A stretch of DNA of 63,049 nt, filler included, from Albugo candida (lineage: Eukaryota), in NCBI GenBank assembly GCA_040437565.1. It is 2 parts of 2 records of this genome, joined end to end, with 100 filler letters (N's around TTAATTAATTAA, not from the genome) between each part and the next. Parts side by side here need not be neighbours in the genome. Positions count along the whole stretch, not along the records: positions 1 to 31,894 come from JBDOQK010000098.1; 1 more part is not named here. The stretch is one strand, 5' to 3'. Under the pieces are notes generated by a model. That model was not told where the DNA came from. It did no database searches and worked only from the letters and a program-made list of their open reading frames with translations. The translations under genes were made by a program, and so were the position numbers. Positions within the stretch are counted from its first letter, which is position 1; every line of letters begins with the position of its first letter. This document shows positions 12,498 to 25,800 of this stretch, piece after piece.

Positions 12498-14165
12498 TAT
12501 CTTTATCGTTGTGAGGTATTGAATACGATCGGTCTAAAAAATGCCCGGTGGACTCGAGAACGATACGTAATGCTTCATAGTTCTTGTGATGTCATCCACA
12601 GGAGGAAGTAATGGTAGCTTGGCTTATCGCGTAAAAAAGGAATGATTTTAATCAAATGCTGTTTTGCATCCACTCTTTACCGCATGTAAACAAAAATTTG
12701 AAGATCTGAGGCGATGGGGTTTCGCTGGTTCGACCTGTACTCGACTTCGATGTCGACTATTTCCTATTTTGACCCTCAGATGTGATTCAATAGGTAAATG
12801 AATGTATGAATTGGGCCTGCTATCAGATTTGTGACAGCTTGCAGAGCCATCTACGATTTTTAGAAAGCGTTAGGATTCATTTCGGCATAATAAAAACCAT
12901 CATCAAGCTATAGTTGCACTCTTATACGCAGTACATTAATGATTTCATTATTTCTTCAGCCACCTGTTTTGCGTAAGCAACTTTACTAGCGGTTCATATA
13001 ATCGCTCATTTCGATGTAAGTAAACCTTTTTGTGTCACCGCAGTGTATCATCGCGTCTATCATTCGAATGTAGTTGTAGAAACGAAATCACTAGAGTGAA
13101 ACGAGCATGCTGATCCTTTCGATTAAGCTAGAACTACCTCAAGATGCAGCATCAACCAAGTGAGTCGGAGTTGTTATTACGCTTGTTGAACGCGGGTCCA
13201 TTTTCATTCGACATCCGCCGACTTCGTTCTTCGCCCCGATGTGAGAGTCTCGTTCCATCGCGAATCTAACTTTGATTAATCAAATCATCATCCCTTAGCT
13301 CCGGTAAATGTGTATCCTGATAATCCTTGTGTGGTGATACACACCGCCAAGATTTCACCACATGAGGGGTTGCTTCTTCCTTGACTGACTATTTTTGAAG
13401 GCGTGACCTCCGTTGGAGGATCTGCTGTAAAAATCACCTAAAAATCATCTCCACACATAAAAAAATCATTTATTCGTATAACGGACTCTGAAAAACTAGC
13501 TTCTGTCTCGTCTGCTTCGTGTAATATTCAGTTAAATTATGGTCAGTTTTTTTTCTTCTGGTCGCCCATTATCCCCACGCAAGGTCTGAATAAAAAACAT
13601 CTTTCTCATCATTGCTGTTATTTATATCTTCGTATAAATTCCCTGAGCAAGCTTAAAAAACATTGCACACTGGAATATGGTATAATGTATAGTTAGACTA
13701 AATCCAATGACTTAGTTCTCTCTCTATCCACCCAGGACTGCTTCTACTAAATAACCCACTTTCTCCAATAATCTCTATCCATAATCAACGATCGCGACTG
13801 TTTCTCGTCATACCTCTTAATTTGAGATTTATCAATGTTAGCGGTCCACCACTGGTTGTGGAATCTACTATCACCCTTCATTTCACCTAGAAGGGTGTAG
13901 ACTGTACTTCTTGTTGGCGATGATGATGAGGGTTTAGGTGGTGCACCTTAACGGATGGATTATCTGAGGATATCCTCGCCATTATCAGAAAGCAATGATA
14001 TTGGATAAAAGTGAGAGGCTAAGATTAACCCATTAGGCGAACTCAGGACCTGAGTTAGGGAATCGTTATCAGCACTCACCATTTCTGTAATCAGCACTCA
14101 GCCTCCATAAATTAATGGGAATCGTAACCTCGGGTCGGCTAAATAAATATAACATACTTAATAAA

Positions 14166-15066
14166 GGGAATTGTTATATTCACATCCTTTTTAAGTAAGG
14201 TGGCACACATAATTATACTATGTGTATATACTATGCATACTTCTTATTCATATAGAGGGACTTGTTATATTCACTCCTTTTCAAGTCACGTGACAAACAT
14301 TATTATGCGTTCAAACATTATCGTCTTCTCAAAGGCACACCCAGCTTTTATGCGAGCATACCGATGATTTGATGAAACTCACTGGAAATTGGACCGATTG
14401 GGTAAACTTCTTCTTTTGTAGAATTTCGTACTCGTGGGAAAAATGTGATCACTCTTGCTCAGCAACTCAACTGATTGTCCGCTACACGCCCCACAAGATC
14501 AATTACATTTTTCCGAGGGACTTTGCTTCACCTTTATAAGCTTCTGAACGAGTGCGAACGTCTCAGCGGGGAGATAAAGAGACTGTAGGTTAGATCGACA
14601 CATTTTGTAAATGGGAATTACAAAATCCTTTCCCTTGGATGAGATTTTTTGTAGCTTTCAACTAAACTTCGATTTGTAAAGATAAGGCAGTAGTGAAGCA
14701 ATATTAAAGCGCTCGTCAAGGGCGAGTGGCTCTATGGCTCGTTATAGTATCATGATTTATAAGGATGTGTACCGTTACTTATGATTAAGCTGGAAAGTGA
14801 GAAGATTGGCATTGAATCTTTTTGAGCTGTAGCTTTGTATTCAAATTGAATGTACAATATTATGGGCCACGTGACTTGAACGGGAGAAATACCTAATTGA
14901 ATGCATGAGAATGTGTGTCACGTGACTTGAAAAGGAGTGAATACAACAAGTCCCATTATATAAATAAAAAGTATACATAGTATATACACATAGTATAATT
15001 ATGTGTGCCACCTTACTTAAAGAGGAAGTGAATTTAACCAAAAAGGGAGTGAATATAATAATTCCC
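14166..15066. mobile_element. Long-TIR MITE-like element nested in the MULE
   Basis: ~140-bp inverted termini GGGAATTGTTATATTCAC... and ...GTGAATATAATAATTCCC. Near-TSD TTAATAAA/TAAATAAA. Confidence 0.8.
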
Positions 15067-15453
15067 TAAATAAATTAAATTACGGGAATCGATCTTCAGC
15101 CTCCACCCTCCATAAATTATTGAAAATTGTTGCCTCTGATTGTTCTGAAAAAGTGCAACGGAATAGATAGAAAAACATATAAATCACACTGTTATCTCCT
15201 GCAACTTCAATTTACCTGTAGGCTTGTTGACATCTAAAATGGGCTATCCTTGCGCCCATGCTTTTCGTCACCAAGTAGTGTCGCTGTATGTTAATGATTT
15301 TGATCAGCACTGGTGGCTGGTACAGCCAATGCCAATTGGAATTGAGAAAGCATTGGAAAGGATTACTAATGAGCATGGTAATGCTTCCAATCATCGTAAG
15401 CGTATGCTGCTAACTATATCCTGGCAGTCCCAGAGACAGAAACTCGCGATCCT

Positions 15454-16041
15454 GTGCAAGTGCGCACGCGTGGTAGGCCATCGAGCTCAACGAAGCGACT
15501 TCCGTCGAAAGTTCGAGCATGTTACTGCTACTTTGGATGCTCCTGTGCATCGCCGAAGGTGTCGTGATTGCCAAAAGACAGGCCACAATGCCAGAACCTG
15601 TCGTCGAGAAGCACCAACAGCACCAGCAACACTTGCAGCAGTAGATTTAGATACAGACTTAGAATAAGTAGTACAAAATTTGCATGCAAAAACAGAAGTT
15701 TTTCCATTTGATNNNNNNNNNNNNNNNNNNNNNNNNNNNNNNNNNNNNNNNNNNNNNNNNNNNNNNNNNNNNNNNNNNNNNNNNNNNNNNNNNNNNNNNN
15801 NNNNNNNNNNNNGTGCAAGTGCGCACGCGTGGTAGGCCATCGAGCTCAACGAAGCGACTTCCGTCGAAAGTTCGAGCATGTTACTGCTACTTTGGATGCT
15901 CCTGTGCATCGCCGAAGGTGTCGTGATTGCCAAAAGACAGGCCACAATGCCAGAACCTGTCGTCGAGAAGCACCAACAGCACCAGCAACACTTGCAGCAG
16001 TAGATTTAGATACAGACTTAGATTAAGTAGTACAAAATTTG
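15454..16041. repeat. ~230-bp duplication flanking N gap (15454-15682 vs 15813-16041)
   Basis: Near-identical blocks that diverge at their 3' ends; probably an allelic or contig overlap. Confidence 0.8.
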
Positions 16042-16339
16042 TAGAAACCGAATTTTTTTTTGATTTTATTGTTTTCATTCCGTTGCATCTATCAGAGGCC
16101 ACGATTTTCATTAATTTATGAAGGGTGGGGGCTGATTAGCGATTCCCGTAATTTTGATCTTTTTATTCCATTATACTTATTTTGATCAATCAAAAGCCAC
16201 TAATCTATTAATCCATGGGGGCTGAGTGCTGATTACAGAAAAGGTGAGTGCTGAATAACGATTCCCCCTGAGTTAATATAACACAGTTTTCGATTGAAAC
16301 TTTACTACAAAAAGGTTATGAGCCCAACACCGCACATCA

Positions 16340-19300
16340 ATTGCATCTTGCGTGAGGACAACTGCTTCATATGGAAGTTCGATGCTCGCATGAGGCTCGC
16401 GAAGAAAGGTCTCTTGAAATGTATTGACGTAACGAAGACTCCGGAAGAATAAAACTCCGCAATATGGAAAATACAAGATATGAAAGCCTTCGTAATTGTG
16501 TGTATGGTCATCAGCCCAAGCTTTCCAACGTTAGTCAGGACGGCACAGTCAACTGCACAAGCTTGGGATCTTTCGAAGATATTTTTTCTCCGTCAAAGTA
16601 TCCAAAACCGAGTACAAATGCAACGACAGTTGCATGAGTTCTTGATCCAGAGGGGTGGAAACATGATGGACCACTTCTCAAGTTTTGTGAAATATGCATG
16701 TCGATGTTTCAGGCAATTGCCGATGAAATCAGTCAAGACAAACAGTTGGTGATCCTGTTCGGCATTTTGTCCGAAGAAAATGATCATATATCAAAATCTT
16801 CGACAATAGACAAGAGATAAATCTCTTCCAGGCCGAAGAAATGCTCCGTCAATAGTTCGAAAGTATGATGCGAAAGGAAAAGAGTGAAGTTGCTTTGAAG
16901 GCAATTACGAAGAGCCGAAATTCTCGAATTGAACGAAAAGGAAGGAAGTTGGAGGAGAATGTTCTGCATATAATCGTTAAGAAGGAAGATTGCTGGAAGA
17001 ATCAGAGAGTGAAAGAAGAAAGGAAGGGCAAACGTCCACAGTATGTGATACTATGGAGGGAGGATGGCTACTAGACAGTGGTGCAAGCAGCCATATGTGC
17101 CGTTATGAAGAAAAATTCAACGATATCCGACCCCTGGTGAAAAACATTCGTATCATGATTGCTAATGGAAAGCGAGTTGCGGTAAGCGGCATTGCTACAA
17201 TCCGAATCGTTCTAAGTAACAAGAAGCCAATTCGGATCGATAATGTACTTTTCGTGCCCGAGTTGGACCGTCGGTTATTGTCGGTACCGGTACTGGTAGA
17301 AAGCGGGCTTAACGTTTCGGTAAAAAACGCATCATTTACAATCATTTACAATCAAATAATTGTGACCGAGGCGGCTCGAAAGGGGACACTATATGTAATG
17401 GAAAGTGTTGAAAGTGAAAAAGTGCGCGCTACTGTAGAAACCAAATGTCGGTTCAGCAAAGATGAGACATTTGCCGATGACGAAATGTAACTGCTGTATA
17501 TATATCCGTAAAAATTACCACACCTTTGAATCATTGGATTCATTTATTCCACGAGTTCCTCCTATCTTTCGTACTTTTGGACCAATGTGCTAATGGTTAC
17601 AAGACTCGTCTATCAAGTATCGACACTGTTGAAGACGATTTGTAATGGGTGTTTGAGTGGGAAATTATCGTAAAACATTTCCGAAATCGATTATGGTAAA
17701 TTGAAATCAACATTCGTTTTGCAAATCATATATAGCGACGTGATGAGACCATTCGAGACAAAGTCAGGAGGCGGTGGTAGATTTCTAATGACATTTATTG
17801 ACGAGTTTTCTCGATTCGTGGTGATATATGTCATTACGCATAAACCTGAAATTGTCGATGAGTTCAAGAAGTATAAGGCTATGATGGAAAACCAAAAAAA
17901 TGAAAAAAATGTAATGAACCCGTGGAGGAGAGTATATCAATCGCCACTTTGAAGACATGTCAAATTTCAGGCATCATACATCAGGCCAAAGTTCCGTTCT
18001 CACCACAACATAATGGATTGGCCGAACGAATGAATCGGACAATTATGGAGCGTGCAAGATCCATGATCAATCACATGCAAGTTAAGAAGAATTGGTGGGC
18101 AGAGGCGGTAATTTCCGCAATATGTATTACTAATAGCGTACCGTGTGCAGCTCATCCAAACAAGACACCACATGATACATGCTTCAAAACAAAACAAAAC
18201 TTGGATTATAGTATTTACGATTATTTGGTGCACGTGGCCTCGCGCATGTCGATACTTCCAAGCGCAAGAAATGGACACAAAAGTATTTCGGTGCATGTAT
18301 CTTGGAGACACCAATCAAACAAAAGGATTGCAAGTGTTAAATTTGGGACTCCGAAAGAATTGAGTGTACTAGGGCGTCACATTTTCGAGAGCACCCTCAA
18401 AGCAAGTATGTTAGAGTCATCAAGGGAGATGCTCCAGACAATCACATACCACATGAATTCGTGAGTGACGATGGTATAAGACAATCCTTTGGTACCAGTC
18501 ATCTCATCTCGACAAGTCACACTACAGATATAAACATGAATGGTACCTAATCAACTATTCTCTAATATCCACGGATACAATTGGCGACGTTCTAATTGTA
18601 TCAATTTTGAGCGACATGTAACCGTCTCAAGGCATTGTGCCCAGGGGGAGAATGGGTACTTCGGATAGCTCCTCAGTATTCTTGATCGCTTAAGTCGGAC
18701 ACCATATCCCCAGAATGATATCGTGATATCCAAATTTACAAGCATTAGTTCCTGTTGGCTCTAGTTTTATATAAATTTCGGTAAACAGTAATGATATTAT
18801 CCGACGCTCACAAAAGCGATATAAAAATCGAAAGTGAACATGCGAACTCAGCAGTAGAGATTCCATCATTATTTCAATAAGCATTGAAGTCATCCGAATC
18901 AAAATTCTGGAAGGAATCAATGACATCCGAACTAAAGCACTGTCAAAGGAAAATGCCTGGACAGTAATGACAAATACAGGAAACCAGATACTCAAATGGG
19001 CATTCACGATTAAGCGGAACGAAAACGGGGATGTAGAGGATACAAACCTAGATTAGTAGCAGCGGGTTATAGAAAAACTGGTGGTATAGACCACTTGGAA
19101 ATATACTCTCCAGTGGCAAGTTTGAATTCTATACGTGTTTCCTTGGAATTCAGTTGTCATACAGGCTTCTCAATTCACCAATTTGACGTCGACTCAGCGT
19201 TCTGATTGGTTACCTCAAAGAAAAAGTCATTATATACCCACCTGAAGGAGTGGAATTCCATCCAAAACAAATATTCAAGCTGACCCGAAGTTTTTATGGA

Positions 19301-20370
19301 CTCAAGCAAGCCGCTGCAACATGGTTTAAGACCATAGCAAGTATATTCGTGAGCATGCGGTTCAAACAGAGTGCAACCGACTCGTGTATATACATTCGTG
19401 AAGATATCAATTCGCAGATATATGTCACGTTGTGCGTCGATGACATGCTAATCAGTGCCAAATGGATTGATACGATCAATGAAGTGGCAAGTGAACTCTC
19501 GAAGCATTTCAAATCGGAGATCTTAGGCAATGTTCGCTTCACACTTGAGATAAAAGTGGATTACGTACAAGGCACAAATTAGATGAAGATCAGTCAAGAA
19601 GCATTTATTACACGGATGATAGAGAGGTTTCAGCAAGCCGATGCGAAGTCAGTAAAGAATCCGAATATTGAAAGACCTTTCTTGGACAAGGCGAAAACGA
19701 GATATTTAAAATGAAAAAACGACCATATCGGTTACTCGTCGGATCTCTTCTATACGTTGCAAGCGGGACGAGGACAGAAATTGCCTACTCAGTGTGTCAA
19801 TTGAACGACAATTGAATAAGCCAAGTGAAGAACATTGGAATGCTGTGTTACGTTATCTGAAATCGACTATATCGAAAGGGATCTGCTATGCAAGCCAATT
19901 GGCAGGAATTGAAGTTAGTGCTTACAGTAATGCGGGCTGGGAAAGCAACAAAGGAAGCGAAGATGAACGACCGGCGTATTAGTGATGATCAACAAGTCTT
20001 TAGTCACTTTGCAACCCAGACCTGCAACAAACCGTCGCCTTAACCACTGCAGAAGCCGAACATGTTGCTTTGTTAGTATGCTTTCAAGAGGTGGATGGAT
20101 CAAAGCTTTACTATCGGAAATGACGATCAATGTGGACTATCCTGCTGTGATTTACGAAGCCAATCAGAGAGCGATTGCGATTGCCAAGAACGTCGGATAA
20201 CGAAGTCGAGCGATGCATATTAAAAAATATCATTTCGTTCGAGAACAATTCAAGGCGAAGAATATTGAGCTTCAGTACATCGACACCAAACGTCAACTTG
20301 CCGACTTTCTGACCAAAGATATATAGACGAAGAGATCTGAGAAACTATTGGTCACATCTAACATTAGGAA
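16340..20370 (+). pseudogene. Copia gag-pol (gag, PR, INT, RT, RNase H), many stops and frameshifts
   Basis: PR WLLDSGASSHM; INT YSDVMRPF, TFIDEFSR, PQHNGLAERMNRT; RT SFYGLKQA, LCVDDML; RNase H QLADFLTK. Confidence 0.93.
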
Positions 20371-22815
20371 TTATTCGTCGAGGGGGAGTGTTGGGGGTGA
20401 TGATGCGAGATTTTGGTGATGAACCTTAAATGGATGGAGTATCTGAGGATATCCTGGGCATTGTCAGCAATCAATGTTATTGCATAAAAAGTGAGAGACT
20501 AAGACTAACCGATTAGGCGAACTTAGGACCTAAATTAGTATAACACAGTTTTCGATTGAAATTCTGCTACAGACCTTCCCAGCGGTAACTATCTACCGTT
20601 GAAGGCAATCTCAAAAACCTTTTGGTAGAAATTTGTCGCGGTAAGTGCTTACACTCAGCAATCCGATACAATAGGGCAATGAGAAGCAGAATGAATACGT
20701 GTACTGGTATTATCGAATCCATTCACTTTCACTTTATCCATGAACATAAAATTAGTACCCATGTAGCCGCTTTTATTACACTTTTTCTTGCTCTGTATAC
20801 GCTCTTCCTGCAACTTCCTATATTTCAGCAGTCTCTCGTCTTTGATGCATGAAACGATACCCGGGATTTGCTCGCTTATAGATCGGTAAAAAATTGTTGC
20901 ACTGCATCATCCTCGCTCCTTTCACATCATTTTCATAGCTCGGAGAAACGCTACTACTTCACTCAGGCTCCCACACCATATAGCTATTTGATAGATATTG
21001 AGACTACTTGGAAAAGATCAACAATATTCCTCTAAAAATTTGGCGCTTTTAGTATCGCCCAACCATCTCATGATAATTTTTGGATCTGGTAAGTCGGCAT
21101 ATTCTTATAGACTATGGTGATACAAAGTTGTTTGAATTCGCTTTATAGTCGAGTAAGTCGCGATTCTGCACTATCAAGATCATATACAGCCTGATTGCCC
21201 GCGGTTTGAAATCCACCTTCTACAAAACTGTGAAATCTGACTTTTCGGCAACCGTCAATGATTCATTTTTATTGATCAACGAAGCGCAAGAGATCATTTT
21301 GCATTAATATATGATCTTTTCCACAGACTGATACCGCCATCACAAAATGCTTGTCATGTCATGCAGGTTTCATGTTGAGAATACACGATTCCCATCTAGC
21401 GTTTTCGGTAGTACATCGGGTGTTTTGCAGAAGTTGAGTGCATTTTAATCCGACTATCCCCAAAAACATCCTTTCGTTTCGCAGCTATTTTCATCTGCCT
21501 CACCACTCCCTGGTCAATCTTCTAACGAAGAGTTCAGAAGAAACGAGTCTTACAAATGTGCGCCTTGGTCGCCCTTCCTCCGGAACTGATATATCATGTC
21601 TTGCACTCATGGCTACAACGAATGTATATACTATGTTCACTTCTGACACAGTCTTATCTTTTCTCGGCTCAAACACAGCAAACGGAGAAGCGTGTCTTCT
21701 GAATTATCTTTCCAGTATGGATATCTAGAATACTAATCTTCTTGCTTCAGATGGATAGTCCAGTCTTCAGTTAGATACCAGAAACATGAATGTGGCGATA
21801 GATGCTTATTTCTCGACTTTAAGGACGTGAGCATCAGATATCCTGAGTCTGCGGAGGTGGCATTCTTTGAATGTAAAGCCAGCAGTTTGAGTACATTGTG
21901 GTTGGTGATTGATATACTATCGTAGAAATGCAAAACACAGCGCTTTGACAGTACTTGGCTGTCTATGAAGTTGTCAATATCCACTTAAGACCTTTTGATA
22001 CATTTTATCTGGTGTTCATCTTTTTTTTACCTTCGCTAACACTGCAGCAACCGACATCACTCTCTACTTAATTATTAACGTTTGCACTACAACTTATTGC
22101 GGGGCCTGAGTCAGATTGGAATGACAGATAGTGAACAACCTGAACCCTTTGAACTCCCGTTATTGTGAAAGATTACCTCCCAAAGCTGCAGCCTGATTAT
22201 ATAAGTATCCGCGTAGTTTAGAGGAATTGAATGGCATGCATCAATGTATCACTTTTAACCCTTTATGAGAGGTTGCACATTGCAGATCAAGGAGAAACGT
22301 ATGACGTTTGACAAGACTCGGCCAATCAAACGACCGAGTTAAAATCAATTTACGAAAATTGGGCCGTCGAAAAGCGTACTCTTTGGCTGAGGGATTTTCC
22401 CTATCACCATGTGCGAGTCTAAGAATTTTCTTGATGTCTAATTCGATATATAGCAACCTTTGAGCTATCCAAAGGAAAAATCTAATGTAGTGCTTTCTCG
22501 CTGTACACATCATCGTCGAAGTGTTGACAGTGTCCCCTCCATACCTTCTATGCGTGCAATTGATAGAACATCCCTCGAAGATGTTGAGGGACACTGAATG
22601 TGATTTTTCTGCCGATCCTATCCATTGTGATTTTTATCCAATAAAACAAAAAATTAATANNNNNNNNNNNNNNNNNNNNNNNNNNNNNNNNNNNNNNNNN
22701 NNNNNNNNNNNNNNNNNNNNNNNNNNNNNNNNNNNNNNNNNNNNNNNNNNNNNNNNNNNCCGATCCTATCCATTGTGATTTTTATCCAATAAAACAAAAA
22801 ATTAATAAAAAATGC

Positions 22816-25800
22816 ATGGGCGGATCCGACGGGCGACAACAAACATCGACAGACGAGAAATGCAAACGATCTGTATGTGTATCCGCTCGACAGGAGCTAC
22901 AATTACTCAGGGGAGACTTGGATGAACTTACAACGGAAAATGAGCAAATTGTTGAGCAGCTTGCTCAAATGCAGGCAGAAAATCAGCAATGCAAGTTGGA
23001 AGTTAAGCTGCGAGATAAAGAAATTGACTCGCTCAAAACAACTTTAGATGATAAAACCGCTGTTTTGGCGAGAATCAAGGCCCAGAGTGACCCGAAAGAC
23101 ATCATTCATCAGCAGAACTGGCACCAGGATCTCAAGTCCACATCAGATGACCATGTTCCAGCATTAGGGAAGATGGAACCAGCTGACTCGACACCAAATA
23201 CTAGATCTATTTTAGCCATCCGCACCACGAAATATGATGGCTTTTATGATACTCTGAAGGAAAACGAACAGCTTCGGATTGAAGTAAGCGAGCTTCAAAG
23301 CGCAGTTCAACAAATATCAAAATTAGCCTTGGCGTATGAGGAGATTATTGAAAGCACACAATGTCAGGAACGAATCTATGAAAACACCATTGAGTCTCAA
23401 CAGAAAGCATTCATACAAGCCCAGAATCGAATCCAGATTTTGGAGGAAAAGATAGCTGATAAGAGTCAGCAGGGAACTCTATTGGAATACACACTAAAAG
23501 GCGATGTTAAAACCGAGCATCGTCAATTAGAGCCTCAATATTCCAATTTGAAAGCTGACAATGCAGCGAACCAAAAATGTAAAGCGCACATTTCTTTGCA
23601 AAAAGAAGGACACTCTCTTTGTACTTTAGAGAACGAACTGGAGACATTACAAACATTAAGGTGTCAAGACGAAAACGTTATCCAAAATCTGCAAAGCGAA
23701 GATCTCCGGGCTGTCTTGGAGCATTCGAGCCTTGACAATGCTCGATTACAGAAGAGCAGAAAATCAAAAGATAACATTATTCCTGAAGAAACCGTTTTGG
23801 ATCATAAGAATGAATTACAGAAATCAAAGAATATTATTCAGGAATTGAAAACAATGCTTCAGGCGATGGAAAATAGGCAAATAGAATTGGAGAACGATAA
23901 GCGTGTGTTAGAAGAGTGGAATCGGAGATACGAATTAGAGGCCGGAATCCACGATATTATGCTCCACTATCGTCGAATAGAAAAGGAATTGGATACTCAA
24001 AAGCGTCAAAATCAAAACCTCCGGGATAAAGTCGGCGATCAGAAGGACACGATCGTGAACGTCGGAATTGTATGTCAGCGAAACAAGCCACAAGGAATGA
24101 CATTGGAAAGCTCGGAACAAGAATTGGAAGCATTATATCTGCAAGAAAAAATAGTAGAGAGCCGAAAGCTCTTAGTCACGGAAGACCGTGCCGAGGAAAT
24201 GGAACCGGAAAATGCTGATTTGCATAGCAAACTGCTAAATAAAAAGATGGAGCAATGTACGCAGACTCTGAATGGATCTACGATGCTGCTAGAAGCGCGA
24301 GTTTGTGGAACGTGCGAGACATCTGAAACAGAGCAAAGAGATGCAGAACTTAATGGAGAACGATTCGGAATTGAGGAAAGAGCGAATTGCAAGGCTCTAA
24401 ATGAAATCTCTATCAAACAAATGGTCAAAATCGCTTCTAATGTCACAGCAAGCATCCTTTCGACTGCACTAACTAACGTTAAAACATTGAAAGCATCAGC
24501 AGATGATATTTTGGTTACTAAAGAAGATCAAGACATCGAGGAAAAGAGCGTTATAGCAGCCAAGAAAGCTTCAAATAGTGCTCAGAAAAGCGATGACATT
24601 GATCCAAGTGAAAGTACGAAACAAAATGCCACTTGTCTCACTGCTGAAATAATTGCGGGCAGTGTGAAATTCGCACTTGAAGGACAAATGGCACAGTGGA
24701 TAAAGACATCTCAAATGGCTCGGGACTCATTGTCACATAGTAATTCGTCAAATGGTGAGAGAGAGCTCAAAAAGGATCTACATTTCGCTCTCAAAGGAGA
24801 GATGCTGTCCCATAAACGCGTTCTGGAGGAACTGAGTGTGTGTCTAGACGACCTAAGTGTTGCTCAAAGTGCCAATACCAGCCTTCAATCATCATTACGA
24901 GAACATGAACGAGCACTGAGAGCAGCTATGGATCAGCAATCGATTTTATACAAACATTTTGTAACGCTACAACATGAAAAGATCACACGACAGGATAACT
25001 TTGAGCGTACTAACGAGGAAGCGAAAAATAAGTTACGCGATCTGACATTGAAATGTGAGCAGTATGAAGCCTTTATTCAGCAAGTAAACTCTGACGGCGC
25101 TTGCACTTCACCTACGTCTCTTGAAGACTATGTTAATCAAGCACGCAATGATGATTCGTTTTTTCGCCGTATGGCCGATATGACGCAACGAATGGCTATC
25201 AGCGAACTCAATCAGGCTCGTCTTAAACGAAAATATCACTTCATAGTGGGACAATTACATTCCAGATCACAAGTGAACAGAGATATGGAGCTGGATTATA
25301 TCGAAATGAAGAAAACATTCAAGCTCCGAATTTTGTACTTGGAAAGCTGGAAAGAAGGTGCAGAAGACAGGATGAAACGAATGCTTCAGACACTCGAGCA
25401 AAGCGTTTTGAAAGCCCCTGCAATGGAACTTGCAGCGAGGCATAGTAGTCTCCTTGAAAAGTTTTCTTTACTGGTCGAACATTCGAATGAGTTGCGTCTT
25501 CGGCTTCTAGAAGTCGCGAGTTTGCCAGCGAAAGTAAGCACTCTCGAGTTTGAGAACACTCAGTTACGATATCAACAATCCAATTGCTCTCTCGACAAAG
25601 CTGCTGGCATTGAAGAACGCATCACACAACTGGAAAGTTTATTACGAAATGCAACTGAACAGAAGGATAGTGCAGAGCACAAAGTGGCCACATTATTAGC
25701 GATGGACACGAAAGAACATTCTCGTAACATCAAGAGGCTAGAGAAGCTTCAGCAAGAAAATCTGATTCTTATGGATCGAATCAATGAGGTCGAAGAGTTG

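Larger units (their letters stand above)
14058..16266 (+). mobile_element. Internally deleted MULE inserted in the Copia 5' LTR, 9-bp TSD CCTGAGTTA
   Basis: TIRs GGGAATCGTTAT...ATAACGATTCCC; TSD at 14049-14057 and 16267-16275. Retains only the transposase C-terminus (SWIM GYPCAH, RGRP, zinc knuckle CRDCQKTGHNARTC). Confidence 0.92.
13912..20571 (+). mobile_element. Full-length decayed Ty1/Copia LTR retrotransposon
   Basis: 5' LTR 13912-14057 + 16276-16309 and 3' LTR 20389-20571 (TG...CA, ~180 bp). PBS GGTTATGAGCCCA at 16314-16326, PPT GAGGGGGAG at 20380-20388. No matching TSD seen. Confidence 0.92.
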
